A stretch of 64,000 bases of DNA from contig NIVC01001798.1 of the NCBI GenBank assembly GCA_002269645.1, forward strand, positions 171,987 to 235,986, written 5' to 3'. Within the stretch, counting starts at the first letter, position 1, and every line of letters begins with the position of its first letter. The translations under genes and the position numbers were made by a program. Of this stretch, positions 1-14,466 are shown piece by piece. The stretch is from Macrostomum lignano. Lineage: Eukaryota. The notes beneath the pieces are model-generated. The model was not told where the DNA came from. It saw only the letters and a list, made by a program, of their open reading frames with translations, and ran no database searches.

Positions 1-1
1 C

Positions 2-1277
2 GCCAGCAGCAGCAACGGAGGCGGCGGAGGGGACAAGTCAAAGCGAAAGCAGATTATGACCAGAGCTAGGAAGCATCCGACTGTTGATCGAATTATCACT
101 GTGCTGCAGGTGATTAAAGTTGTTAGAAATTGCATGACTCTGCACATTGTAATTATTTAATTAAATTAACTGATTACACCTGCCCTAATGGCCAGATGTG
201 CAACCGACAGCTCAGCCGCAGCTATTGCGCGGCGCATCTGAAGGCTGCGTACGGCTGTTCAGTCCAAGGACTGGGGGATCACTACACAGACCCTCAATTA
301 TCCCAGCTAATGCTGATACCCATTTTACAGCTGGGTGAACTGAAGCAATGCAGAGTCAATTCATATTCTATAGTCATGGTCTATAACAATAGCAATTTAG
401 TGCCCCCCTTCTGGGCAGCCAATCAGCAGGGATAAAAATTATTTATTTTGCCTTGACATCTCAGCAATCCCCCCCAAGCCTTGAAATTTCAGTAATTCTC
501 CCAAGCCTTGACATTTCAGTAATTCTCCCCAAGCCTTGACATCTCAGCAATTCCCCCCCCAAGCCTTGAAATTTCAGTAATTCCCCAAGCCATGACATCT
601 CAGCAATTCCCCCCAAGCCTTGACATCTCAGCAATTCCCCCAAGCCTTGAAATTTCAGTAATTCCCCCAAGCCTTGACATCTCAGCAATTCCCCTAAGCC
701 TTGACATCTCAGCAATTCCCCCAAGCCTTGAAATTTCAGTAATTCCCCCAAGCCATGACATCTCAGCAATTCCCCCAAGCCATGACATCTCAGCAATTCC
801 CCCAAGCCATGACATCTCAGCAATTCCCCCCAAGCCTTGAAATTTCAGTAATTCCCCCAAGCCATGACATCTCAGCAATTCCCCCAAGCCATGACATCTC
901 AGCAATTCCCCCAAGCCATGACATCTCAGTAATTCCCCCAAGCCTTGACATTTCAGCAATTCCCCCAAGCCTTGACATCTCAGCAATTCCCCCCAAGCCT
1001 TGACATCTCAGCAATTCCCCCAAGCCTTGACATTTCAGCAATTCCCCCAAGCCTTGACATTTCAGCAATTCCCCCAAGCCATGACATCTCAGCAAAGTCA
1101 ATGATTATATCTAATATCTAACTGACTTGCAGGACAAACGCTTCGAGGATGACCAAGCCGACCAAATCCAGGATCTACAATTGCCGATGCTGCGAAAAGT
1201 GCTGAACGTTATCTTCATCGCTCTGGGAGTGGTCTTCCTGCTTGGAGTCATTGTCGTCATCATATACACCAGTTTGG
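2..1277 (+). CDS. Partial gene (5' end outside window) for an unidentified protein with one C-terminal transmembrane helix; exons <2-109 and 1133-1277; terminal exon uncertain
   Basis: Frame from nt 2 reads ASSSNGGGGGDKSKRKQIMTRARKHPTVDRIITVLQ to donor CAG|GTGATT (110). Acceptor ...CTGACTTGCAG (1131-1132) continues in phase 0: DKRFEDDQADQIQDLQLPMLRKVLNVIFIALGVVFLLGVIVVIIYTSL, then donor GTAAGA at 1278 (phase 1). Phase-1-compatible last exons exist at 5942-6042 and 8233-8261. Confidence 0.6.
451..1095. repeat. 27-28-bp minisatellite (CCTTGACATCTCAGCAATTCCCCCAAG) filling an intron
   Basis: More than 20 tandem copies visible; source of ORFs 461-1101. Confidence 0.95.
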
Positions 1278-1689
1278 GTAAGACCTCTGTGCCTATAAAT
1301 ACGGTTTTCTGTGCTGTCATCACTCCCATTGAACCGCTTGCGGATGTAGATTAAGTATTTAGCATTTTATAATAGGCAGGAGGGTTATTTTTCGTCCATA
1401 TTGAAACATAAATTGAGTTATGCAGCTTAAAAGCCCCAATACCAGTGTATATACGTCCATAGAGCATTTTCACGGAGTACACAGCTATACAGCTAAATGG
1501 CAAGGCTCCGTCTAGAGTTGCTTTCGACAGCCACTTCTAAATAATTTATGACTGTCCGCTTCGAATAGACTGCACGGCTTTTTGCAGATTTAAAGCCTCT
1601 GGGGATTAAGGAGTCAGTGGAGAGGGCTCACCGATTTTAGTATTTAATCGAATTATTTCTCGTGATTATGCAGTAAAATTTATTCTTTT

Positions 1690-2390
1690 CCTTCATTTCT
1701 CTCCTCTCTTCCTTGCATATCTATTTATTTCTCGCCATTTCTCACCATTTCTCTCATCTCTCCCATCTCCTCCATCTCCTCCATCTCCCCTTCTCTCCCA
1801 TCTCTTCCATCTCCCCATTTCTCCCATCTTTCCCATCCCCCAATTTCTTCCATCTCCCCTGTCTAAAAACTTCTCCCATCTCTCCCATTTCTCCCATTTC
1901 TCCCAACTCCCATACCTCCCATCTCTCTCATCTCTCCCATCTTCCCATCTCTCATCTCAACCATTTCTCCCATTTCACCCACCTCTCAATTTCTCCCATC
2001 TCTCTAATCTCACCCACCTCTCCATTTCTCCCATCTCTCTAATCTCACCCACCTCTCCATTTCTCCCATCTCTCTAATCTCACCCACCTCTCAATTTCTC
2101 CCATCTCTCTAATCTCACCCACCTCTCCATTTCTCCAATCTCTCCCATCTCACCCACCTCTCCATTTCTCCCATCTCACCCACCTCTCCATTTCTCCCAT
2201 CTCTCCCATCTCCTCCATCTCTCCATTTCTCCCATCTCTCCCATCTCCCCATTTCTCCCATTTCTTCCAAGTCCCCAGCTCTCTCATCTCGCTGTTTCTC
2301 CCCATCTCTCCCATATGTCCCATCTCCCCATATCCTTATCTCTCCCATCTCTCCAATTATAAATCTCTTCCATCTCTCCCATCTGCCTGT
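1690..2390. repeat. Degenerate CT-rich low-complexity tandem repeat
   Basis: CTCCCATCTCTCCATTT-like units. Confidence 0.9.
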
Positions 2391-2961
2391 GCTATTACAT
2401 ACTGAATTCTAAAACCAAGACAAAAGTTGGAATCTGAAGTCCGAGCGATCAAGAAGCTAAACTGATTTCTTAGAAACAGTTTGAAAGAGTTGCAGACATT
2501 AAAAAAGTACGTTGAAAAAGTTTTTTTAATTCGACGACTGCACTTTTATTAAGTATAAAATTAGAGCTTTGATTAATTATTCGGCTGGCAAAATCGCGTA
2601 CCCCAGTTTCAGCAAGCGCACGAGCTAGGGAGGAGTGAGTCAAGTCGAGTGGTCCATAATAAGAGCCACTTGAGCAGCAGTAATTCTGGTTTATAATCTT
2701 TACCTTCTTCGGTGCAGAGGAATGAGAGTGAACTGTTAAAACAGTTAAATTAGTTTAAATCTCTTGGCAGTGCACTTTTTAATTTTTTTCTCTGTATGCA
2801 ATCTACCTTTTAAACTCTTTGTATGAAATAATAGACATTTGAATGCATGCCTTTTAATCATTACTATTCACTACATTTTTCAGTTCTGACTATGTACTTT
2901 TCTCTGCCATAAATAAATATCTGACATAACATAGGACCATAGGAACATGCCTAGCCTAGAC

Positions 2962-3001
2962 TGATAGATAGATAGATAGATAGATAGATAAATAGATAGA
3001 C

Positions 3002-3036
<35 letters not shown>

Positions 3037-3037
3037 C

Positions 3038-3110
<73 letters not shown>
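2962..3110. repeat. (GATA)n microsatellite
   Basis: Direct reading. Confidence 0.97.
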
Positions 3111-5133
<2,023 letters not shown>

Positions 5134-5499
5134 GGTAGAAGAAGAAAAATCTAGGCTAAGCTAAACCGAGCGCCCTCAAAAAGGGCAATCGTCTGCAGTA
5201 TGGAACTTTCGAAAGGCCAAAAGATTTCATGTGGAAAAAGTATAGATCAACTGCATGGGAACGTTCTGACTGTGGAGGTCAACAAAGATGGCACAGTGGC
5301 AGCGTAGGCGACATCCTTGTTCCTCGGTGTTTCAACCAACACAGGACTATTCCAGACTATAGGCTATGCTAGCTTTGTCTATGGTAGACTTGTCTGACTT
5401 TGCGTTTCTGTATTTATCAAAATCAATTAAAGAATAGTTTTTAATTCAAAGCTACCCTATATACAAAGATTTTTCCACTCTGAAAGCCGGATTTGAAAA

Positions 5500-5957
5500 G
5501 AACTGGCTTTGATTGACTTGTCTATGGCCGAGTGCAGCTCTGTGGCAGTGTGGCTTTGATTTGCTTTATTGTCTAGCAAATTTCTTTATGTTTTATAGTG
5601 CCAAGGCACCTTAAAATAGAAAGTTTTATGGCCGAGTGCAGTTCTGTGGCAGTGGCTTTGATTGGCTTTATTGTCTATGGCCGAGTGCAGTTCTGTGGTA
5701 GTGGCTTTGATTGGCTTTATTGTCTATGACCGAGTGCAGTTTTGTGGCAGTGTGGCTTTGATTGGCTTTATTGTCTATGGCCGAGTGCAGCTCTGTGGCA
5801 GTGGCTTTGATTGGCTTTATTGTCTATGACCGAGTGCAGTTTTGTGGCAGTGTGGCTTTGATTGGCTTTATTGTCTATGGCCGAGTGCAGTTCTGTGGCA
5901 GTGTGGCTTTGATTGGCTTTATTGTCTATGGCCGAGTGCAGCTCTGTGGCAGTGGCT
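5500..5957. repeat. 49-51-bp minisatellite (TTGTCTATGGCCGAGTGCAGYTCTGTGGCAGTGGCTTTGATTGGCTTTA)
   Basis: About 7 tandem copies. Confidence 0.93.
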
Positions 5958-6919
5958 GCTCCTGCAAGGAATGTGGACAAAGGCAATAGACACGATCTCA
6001 TATGTTGAGAATCTGACACGATACAGTCATGAAACTCTTTGAATAATGAATTTTACAGATGAATTTTTTAACAAAACAATGTTTTTTGCATAATTAATTG
6101 GGGTTTAAAACAAAGAAACATTGATACGAACTATAGCCGTAATAACTTTTTTTGTAAAAACAAAATGCATAGATACTTAGGGTTAAAATCAATAAAATGA
6201 TTTCAAGCTCACATACTACGACCTTAGGTACCTTAGGTAGTTTATGCAACTATAGTCACTACTCACTATCTGATAAGTTAATTATTGAATAGTTAAATGG
6301 AAATGAGACTGTCTGTTTCTGTGTATATGCATATCCCTCTATCTGTTTTGGATGTGGCTCTGTTCTACTGCGAGCTGCATACATACATGTAGTTGCTACA
6401 TAAAGAGAGGATGCGATAGAGAAAGTTGATAATTGCATTTGACCAGAGCTTAATGCTGTTTGTTGATGCAATGCAGTACATATACAGCTATATGTTACTG
6501 TATGTAAGCCAAGACTATGCGATGCATGATCTGCACACTGGGCCATATGAGGGAATATACGTAATGCAAAGACTCTCGCTATGCACACCCCATCTCACCC
6601 CAGATAAATAGCTCGTATATGCGTGCCCTATCTCACTGATGCATGCAATGTTTCTCCTAGCATTTGGTTGGGGGTGGGAATCAAAAGCTCGCGAATTGAT
6701 GCGGTGCGTGTATGGCAAATGGTTGAGTAGGCAGATGGCAGACTTACGGGCAGCAAGCCAATGCTCTGCACTGCAGCTCCATTCTAAGGGGAAGTGCAGA
6801 GGATGGAGAATGCAGCAATTATGGGATAGGGGAGCATTGATGGAATCTGCAGTCATGCTGGGCCTTGTCGGGCAGCGTAAGTGCAAGTTGTGAGAGGGGA
6901 AATATATTGGGGATAGTTG

Positions 6920-7950
6920 CAGGCAACAGAGGAGTGATGGTGAGGCAACAGGGGAGTGATGGTGAGGCAACAGGGGAGGGAGGGTGAGGCAACAGGGGAG
7001 TGATGGTGAGGCAACAGGGGAGTGATGGTGAGGCAACAGGGGAGGGAGGGTGAGGCAACAGGGGAGTGATGGTGAGGCAACAGGGGAGTGATGGTGAGGC
7101 AACAGGGGAGTGATGGTGAGGCAACAGGGGAGGGAGGGTGAGGCAACAGGGGAGTGATGGTGAGGCAACAGGGGAGTGATGGTGAGGCAACAGGGGAGTG
7201 ATGGTGAGGCAACAGGGGAGTGATGGTGAGGCAACAGGGGAGGGAGGGTGAGGCAACAGGGGAGTGATGGTGAGGCAACAGGGGAGTGATGGTGAGGCAA
7301 CAGGGGAGTGATGGTGAGGCAACAGGGGAGGGAGGGTGAGGCAACAGGGGAGTGATGGTGAGGCAACAGGGGAGGGAGGGTGAGGCAACAGGGGAGTGAT
7401 GGTGAGGCAACAGGGGAGTGATGGTGAGGCAACAGGGGAGTGATGGTGAGGCAACAGGGGAGTGATGGTGAGGCAACAGGGGAGTGATGGTGAGGCAACA
7501 GGGGAGGGAGGGTGAGGCAACAGGGGAGGGAAGGTGATGCAACAGGGGAGTGATGGTGAGGCAACAGGGGAGTGATGGTGAGGCAACAGGGGAGGGAGGG
7601 TGAGGCAACAGGGGAGTGATGGTGAGGCAACAGGGGAGTGATGGTGAGGCAACATGGGAGTGATGGTGAGGCAACAGGGGAGTGATGGTGAGGCAACAGG
7701 GGAGGGAGGGTGAGGCAACAGGGGAGGGAAGGTGATGCAACAGGGGAGTGATGGTGAGGCAACAGGGGAGTGATGGTGAGGCAACAGGGGAGGGAGGGTG
7801 AGGCAACAGGGGAGGGAAGGTGATGCAACAGGGGAGTGATGGTGAGGCAACAGGGGAGGGAGGGTGATGCAACAGGGGAGGGAGGGTGAGGCAACAGGGG
7901 AGGAGGGTGAGGCAACAGGGGAGGAGGGTGAGGCAACAGGGAGGGAGGGA
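6920..7950. repeat. 22-bp G-rich minisatellite (GGTGAGGCAACAGGGGAGTGAT / ...GGGAGGGA)
   Basis: Direct reading; source of the 339-473-aa repeat ORFs on the minus strand. Confidence 0.96.
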
Positions 7951-9260
7951 GAATGCCTCTAGTATGTGACTAAATTAGTGACCGTTAAGTTTACATCAGC
8001 CATGCCAAAGTACAGGTAGCTGTGTGATGTGGTTTTACACTCAGTGCTTGACAGTGTGAATATTAGTGCTAAAGCCTGCTTGAAGATGATTGCTCCGACT
8101 CAGCGTTACCTTAATATTGCGTGTAAAATAGATCAATTAATCCTGACCTTGTCTTTTTCTACTATTAGTAGCAACAATTGAATATTGTGCCAAATATTTA
8201 TGTAATGAATTATTCCCAATTTTTATTTTCAGGTAAGGACGAGTACAACAGAAATCACTGATTCATTTGGTTAATCTTCTACTGTCTGTCTTACAATTGA
8301 TTGCCTGTGATTTGTTTATTGATTGCTGGATTAATTGATTGTTTAATTGGCAATTTCAACCATTTAAAATGACATTTTTATAGCTACGCCGTAATTGTAT
8401 TAAATTTGCATGCATACAATCAGCTATATATTATAATGTAAGAAAATTTCATACAAAATATTATTATAGATTTTACAATTTGCCATGAAAACAAAACATT
8501 CTGCTGTGCATTCTGTAATAAATTTTCTGCATAAAATACGCTACGGAATACTACTCGCACTTCAGCATATTTAATCGTTAAGTTCGTATTTATTGGTCTT
8601 GCATTTATTTGCTGTAAGCTAATTTCCTGCTCAGCTTTTTGTATTCAAGATCGTATTTTTATTAATCAGCGCAATGACAGCTAATTTGAAATCTGCAAGT
8701 AAGTTTAATGCAACGGTAGCATGTAACACACCTACATGTAGTAGGCAAGGACTACTCAAAGTAGATAGATAGACTTTGTAACCGTAGAATACAATCGCCA
8801 TGCTGTGCTTAAAATCGTAAAAATGGCACAGACAGCTCGACTCATGCTTATTAGCTTTATATATTGAATCTATTTTATCATTTTTAGCTTAATGACTGTA
8901 TAAAAAACGTATAACAGAATGAATGATAAAAATAGAATTCATAAAACCATTTTATCATTTTAGGCATACTGTAAGGGCATATTGTAAGAACATACAGTAT
9001 TCGTTCTATGATAAGCTTGCATATAAAATTAACATAGAATCCCAACTGTCTAATGTAAAAGTTTTGTTAATATCAATATAGAGCTATCGATAAGAAAGGC
9101 AAGACATAAAAGATTAACTTTTGGGTCTCTTGATCTATCAAAAGCAATTCAATATAAAAGCAATTTTTGTGCTGAAAAATGAAACATTTCTATTATCTAC
9201 GTAATGTATATATTTTTCAGTAAAAGTTGCCTTCGAAAAAATTCCAATTGACGGTACATG

Positions 9261-9552
9261 CAGGGCGTCGCCTTGGATTTTATGGTGGGGGGGACAAAGC
9301 CAAGAATACAACATGTACATGTACATGACTAAATTCCTACATTTTCATTATTTTGAGAATCGGTGTTGTCACCACTAATTTTGGCGCCGCAGGCACTCGT
9401 TTTACCGCCGAAGGCGCTATATTTTGCGCCCTTAAAAATTATTGATTACCACAACGGGTCAGATCTAGAAGAGTACAGGGTGGGGGGGGACACCCATAGC
9501 TTTACTGGGGAGACATGTCCCCCAGCTGTCCCCCCTAGTGGTGACGCGCCTG
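9261..9552. mobile_element. Non-autonomous TIR element (MITE), probably hAT-type
   Basis: Ends CAGGGCGTCGCC...GGTGACGCGCCTG form an imperfect TIR; subterminal GGGGGGACAAAGC / GCTGTCCCCCC inverted pair; 8-bp flanks GGTACATG (9253-9260) and CGTACATG (9553-9560) match at 7 of 8. Confidence 0.65.
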
Positions 9553-9606
9553 CGTACATGTCAGTACTTTCCCGTCCTACTTTAGTAGTAGTCCCTTTGG
9601 TAGTAT

Positions 9607-10512
9607 GAGACTATACCTACGGCTAATGACGGCTTCCTGCTGCGCAGACGCATCGGTCGTCGCCACGGCGAAAAGCGCCTAAGCGTGCTTGTTGGCTACG
9701 CCGACGACCTCGCCCTCCTGTCCTCGTCCGTTGAAGGCGCCCAGCGCCAGATCGACAGTCTTGGTCGAGGTGGCATTGAGCGTCGGTCTGATCGTCAACA
9801 CGCTGAAGACCGAGGTGCTGACTGTGCCGGCCGACATCCCAGCGGACGTGACGTGCCGCGGCGCAGACGGGCAGACGACCAAGCTCGCACGCTGACAGCG
9901 GTTCACCTACCTCGGCGGTCTGGTGCCCTACGTAGAAGAGGACCTCCGGCGGCGCAGAGGACTTGCCTGGGCGGCCTTTCGTTCGATCCGAGCCGTCCTC
10001 CAGTCTGAAGCGCTGCCCGACCGCCAGAGGGCTCGGCTGTGGCTGTGGCAGGCGGTGGTCGAAACCGTCCTGCTATACAACGCCGAGACGTGGACGCTGA
10101 CGGCTACGCTGGAGCGGCAGCTGGACTCGGCGCACTCAGGGCTGCTCCGTGCGGCCTTTCGAGCTGACGAGAGCGTCGGGACCGAGGCCCTGTACGATCG
10201 GGCCAAGCTGCAGCGCGCGTCCATCATCCTGCGCCGGCGGCGACTTCAACTGGCGGGCCACGTGATCCGGGCCGAGGGCTACTGCCCCCAACCTGTTCAG
10301 GACGTCCTGCTGCTTACCTTGCTGGGCCCGTTCAGGCGGGGTCAGGCCCGAACCCGTCGATACGTGGACTGCCTGCCGTGCGACGCTGGGGCGCCCGACA
10401 CAGCCAACGGAGCGGACTTCGTTCGCTCCCAGGCTCTGCGGCGCGCCATCTGACGCGCCCTGTTTTAACTGTGACCTTTGCTTGCGGGCCGCGTATTTTG
10501 TTGTTGTTGTTG
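9607..10512 (+). mobile_element. 5'-truncated, disabled non-LTR retrotransposon (RTE-like), 3' end of the reverse transcriptase ORF
   Basis: Translates to ...LSVLVGYADDLALLS...VGLIVNTLKTEV...FTYLGG...LLYNAETWTLT...RRRRLQLAGHV; frameshift near 9765 and TGA at 9893-9895; (TTG)n tail at 10498-10512; 11-bp TSD TTTGGTAGTAT at 9596-9606 and 10513-10523. Confidence 0.9.
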
Positions 10513-10945
10513 TTTGGTAGTATAGGATGGCCACAATCCACGCAATGTGTGACCAATGACAAACTGAAGTAGATGCAAGGAAGGACCACAGAAGTAGCAG
10601 TAGATACTGCTACATGAGTAGATGGTGGAGGCTACTCTAGTTTTTCTTACATGTAGAAATGATCGCTGGATTAGATATATGTATTTGTTGTATCATATAC
10701 ATAATGCCTGCATTTATTTAGTCACATATGTGCTTTCGGGACAGTTTTTGACAGAATTTGTCGATGAAGAAATCCCATCAGCGGTATGCGTTCCTTAGAG
10801 CATATACTAAACGCACTTCCTACTAGCGCTTGTAAAGTGTGCACGCTTGTAATCGACACAGTCATATGGTTTGACCTGCAAAGACTGCTAAATATATAAG
10901 TGTATAGTCGCTGATGCAATGCAATTGGGGTTAGGGTGTGCATGA

Positions 10946-11316
10946 GGGGGCCGTAGCCCAGCGGTCTAGCGCAGGCTCTGGTGTGCCAGCGACCCAGGCT
11001 CGATTCCAAGTGCAGTCACATTAATTTGGGGCTGAATTGGAATCTCGGTTTGGCTCTGCTCGTGCAATTAACGGCCTTGAGAGCCAACCCCCCCCCAAGG
11101 CGCAGTGAAGTGTACATGCCTAACCATAATATAAAGTCAGGGCCGCTGTACACTCCTGTGTGAGTGTGTGCCTGCGTATGTATCCGCGCGCTTGTGCCTG
11201 CTCAGGGGAGTCGGCGGAATGGGCAGTAATGCCTCTCGCCGGTTGTGTGCCTATGTCGCTTAAGTGCGCCAGGGTGCACACAACCCCCCTGCCTCTAATA
11301 AAAAAAATAAAAAATT
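10946..11316 (+). mobile_element. tRNA-derived SINE, ~370 bp
   Basis: Pol III A box (TAGCCCAGCGG) and B box (GGCTCGATTCC) in a degenerate tRNA-like head; A-rich tail AATAAAAAAAATAAAAAA; 12-bp TSD GGGTGTGCATGA at 10934-10945 and 11317-11328. Confidence 0.85.
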
Positions 11317-12029
11317 GGGTGTGCATGACAACGATTTTTACTTAATTTGAAGTACACTTTGACCGGCCATTCAAATTGGGTAATTTTACAATAGGGACCT
11401 ACTCAATTATAAAAATATGATGAGGACGCACTTTTTCCCAAATCCCGCGCTAGCACATGGGCTCTAAACTTACTTGCCTACTAACAGTGGGCAGTGGGCA
11501 TTTTTATCCTTTTTCTGCGAATTTTCATAGAATCTATACTAGATATAATGTCTGGCCATACTAGTAGTCATAATAACATAGGCGCAGCTTTTTGGGTCAT
11601 AAATCATCGCTTTCGAAGCTGATCTGACAGCCACCTGCGCCTCACTCAGTGTTGAAGCGGGCGCCAGATGGTCTGAGAGGATGCGGGCGGTAGCTTTTTT
11701 CTCATCATTTTGACAGGCCATCAAGATTTATGAGGTCAGAGCCTATTGTTCGGATTCACTCAAGCGTGTGACAGCTTTGACAGCTATGCGTTTTACCCCT
11801 AAAAGTACCTTGGGATTAGCGATTAGCGATTTCTCTTCATTATCTTCACTTTCTATTTAATAAGAGCTTTCTAATGTATATTTTTTCATTAATTTCTGTC
11901 AATCCTACGCGAAAAGTCATAAATCATTTTGTTGCGATTTTGAGTGATTTATGGCCGCACCTGTCATCTTTTTACGACCCTGTGGGAACTGATAGGATCT
12001 CTCGGTCACGTGATTCTGGGTAGCAACGA

Positions 12030-12140
12030 GCTTAGCCAATCAGAAAATTCGGCGCTCATTTTAACAGAACGGCTCAGCCAATCAGAATCGACGTGTTCCG
12101 TTATAACAAACTGCGGTCCAGTTGGCGGCTATTTAAACCG
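12030..12140 (+). promoter_or_regulatory. Candidate Pol II promoter module: two AGCCAATCAGAA boxes plus TATA-like TATTTAAA
   Basis: CCAAT at ~12035 and ~12078 with identical flanks; TATTTAAA at 12130-12137. Confidence 0.35.
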
Positions 12141-13489
12141 GAGTTTTTGGCCCGCTCGGACGCAACTTCTTCTTACTTTGGCTCGGGCCTAGCGCGCAAC
12201 TTCTGGTTCCCGGAGCACGACCGTCGTTTCTTGATCCCCGGATTGCAACTTCCCCCATCATCATCAAGGACGAGTCCCCCGGTCGACAGCAGCGAACATC
12301 CAGTTAAGAGCATCACCTGCTAGCTAACAGCGAAGATTGTGACAGCATCATCCCGAGTCTACAGCTGCAGAGCATCGAGCCGATTCGGTCACTGTGGAAT
12401 ACCTGGTCTCCGGCTGTTGAGTTTCTGATTGGTTGGGTGAGAGGCTACCTAGACTTGCTTGATTGGGTGATCCCTTTTCTGTCCCCTGTTGCAGTAGCTG
12501 AATTAGGCGCACACTTTTGCTCATTTTGTTCAGTAGTGCTGTTGCTGAGGCAGGAATCATTCAATAATACTGCTAGTAGTCTAAGACTCCAATTCAATCT
12601 AAAGTGTGAAGTGAACTAAGGAGAAGGTTAAATCTAACAGTTATCTTTGTCGGCTTTATTTCTTTGTTCGCCGATGGCTCAGATGAGTAGCTAAGCTAGT
12701 AGGCGCCGGTCACAGTGGACCAATGGCAAGGCAGTTCTCAGTCGACCAATCTAACAAATCAGTGAGCAAAACTGCCAAAAGTGCAGAATCGGCGCCAGAG
12801 ATGTACTTTGTGCACTCTAGGGTAGCCAAGCGGCTCGGGTAAATGAATCATGCGGTCTCTGAAGTTCGAGTTAGCCTATCATCAGCGCTATGAGAGGCTA
12901 GTTGGCGCGTTGAAGGCTAAAAGTACATATCTTCGTATTTAGCAATGTAATAGTACATGTAGCTACCCCATAGACTCGCCACTGCAAGAATCCCCTGCAC
13001 AAGTCCCCTCTGTACCTGCATGGCCAACGCGATCTAGTCCCAGCAGTGTCCCTTATCATCGGCTATGACTTCGAGATTGACAGCAAAAAGACACTAGTTG
13101 GCAGGTAAGTGCAAAGCCCCTTCTAGTCGGAAGCCCGATTTCGAGAGTCCCGGTGTGGTGAGCCAGGGCGCACGGGCTGGTGGCAGCAAGTTAGTTGATC
13201 TGCGGATTAGCTAATTTCTACTTTCAAAATTCTCCCTGCTCGTCTCTCGCTGTCCCTCTCTTAGCTATAGGACCTAGACTGCTCGCCACACGATCAAGCT
13301 ACCATGGGGCTGACCATCTGACAGGAGTGGGGGGCCAGGTCTCTAATTGATTTATTTCTGAGCCTGAGGCCCGAAGGCTTCCCTAACAAGGAGCCCGAAG
13401 GTCGAAACCCATCATATAGCTGATTGTACGTTTATGTTTTTTCGTCTACGGTTCACTTTTAAACAGTTATTTAATTCTACTAATCATCA

Positions 13490-14466
13490 GATATTAACAG
13501 TAGAACTACCAAGAAGGGGGAATTCCCCCCCCCCTGACAATTTTTTTTGCTGCGCCGGAACGGAGCAACGCAGGCACACGAAATTAAAAAACACGGCTAA
13601 CTTTTTGTTGCGCACCTTCTCAAACAAGAATCAAGTCGTCAGCCCTCCAGACCGTCAAGATATCCGACGATTCTGCAAGAAGTTCGGATTTTTCCCTTAA
13701 GCGTTAGTAGTGTGTTCAGTACACCGTACCCCTGTGCGCCAATCAGCACTGCGCCTCAATGCAGCTTTGTCAAGTCTCCAAATTTCATCAGAACGTCGAT
13801 CACATGTGTCTGCATCAGCTCTGACTTCGTTGGTCACTGGCCTTCACCGAGACGGAGATTCTAGTTCTAGACCTTCAACAGGTGGCACCAGGTGACTATG
13901 AACACCCTGAACGAATTTCTCTAGTTTCGCTGATCAAACCTTGACAGTGGGCAAACCTTAACTGCTAGGTATCCTCAGTTGGTCTCTTGAGCATTTAGTC
14001 ATCACCCGGACGCTGTCGGCACCTTCAACAGATGACACCATGCAGGCGACTATATGAGCATCCTGATGCGAATTTCTCGAGTTTCGCTAATCAAGCCTCG
14101 ACAGTGGGCAAGCCTCAACTTCTGGACACCCTCAGCTAGTCTCTCGAGCATTCCGTCATCACACAAAGCTGCACCGAGGCGCAGTGCTGATTGGCGCACA
14201 GGGGTGTACTTAAATACATTAGCGCTTAAGGGAAAATCCGACCTTCTGGCAGAATCGTCAAATATCTCGACGGTCTGGAGGGCTGGCGACTTGATTCTTG
14301 TTTGAGAAAGTGCGCAACAAAAAGTTAGCCCGTTTTCTTGAATTTTGTGTGCCTGCGTTGTTCCGTTCCGGCAGAGCAAACGATATTGTCAGAAGGGGGG
14401 AAATTTCCCCCTCTTGGTATAGTTCGACGGGCGGAAAATGGCTTGGTATTCCTACTGTTAAATATC
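13490..14466. mobile_element. Foldback / long inverted-repeat element
   Basis: Arm ~13504-13770 is the reverse complement of ~14162-14424 (by eye roughly 85% identical); outer GATATTAACAGTAG / CTACTGTTAAATATC match; the spacer holds two diverged ~150-bp direct repeats. Confidence 0.75.

Noticed and set aside
130-435. 101-aa ORF
   Set aside because: Lies within the phase-consistent intron 110-1132 and has no recognisable motif.
5200-5310. Short ORF MELSKGQKISC... superficially like a TerD N-terminus
   Set aside because: Only 35 codons and the similarity is limited to a few residues; probably chance.
10946-11020. tRNA gene
   Set aside because: A and B boxes are present but the acceptor and T stems pair poorly; it is followed by a ~300-bp body, an A-rich tail and a TSD, so it is a SINE head.
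13355-13392. Hammerhead-ribozyme-like GCCCGAAGG...GAAAC motif
   Set aside because: Lacks the CUGANGA core (reads CTAACAA or CTGAGGC) and stems I and III could not be built.
11930-13393. Solo LTR (TG...CA)
   Set aside because: No target-site duplication at the candidate ends, and no convincing PBS, PPT or partner LTR; kept only as a low-confidence promoter-like segment.
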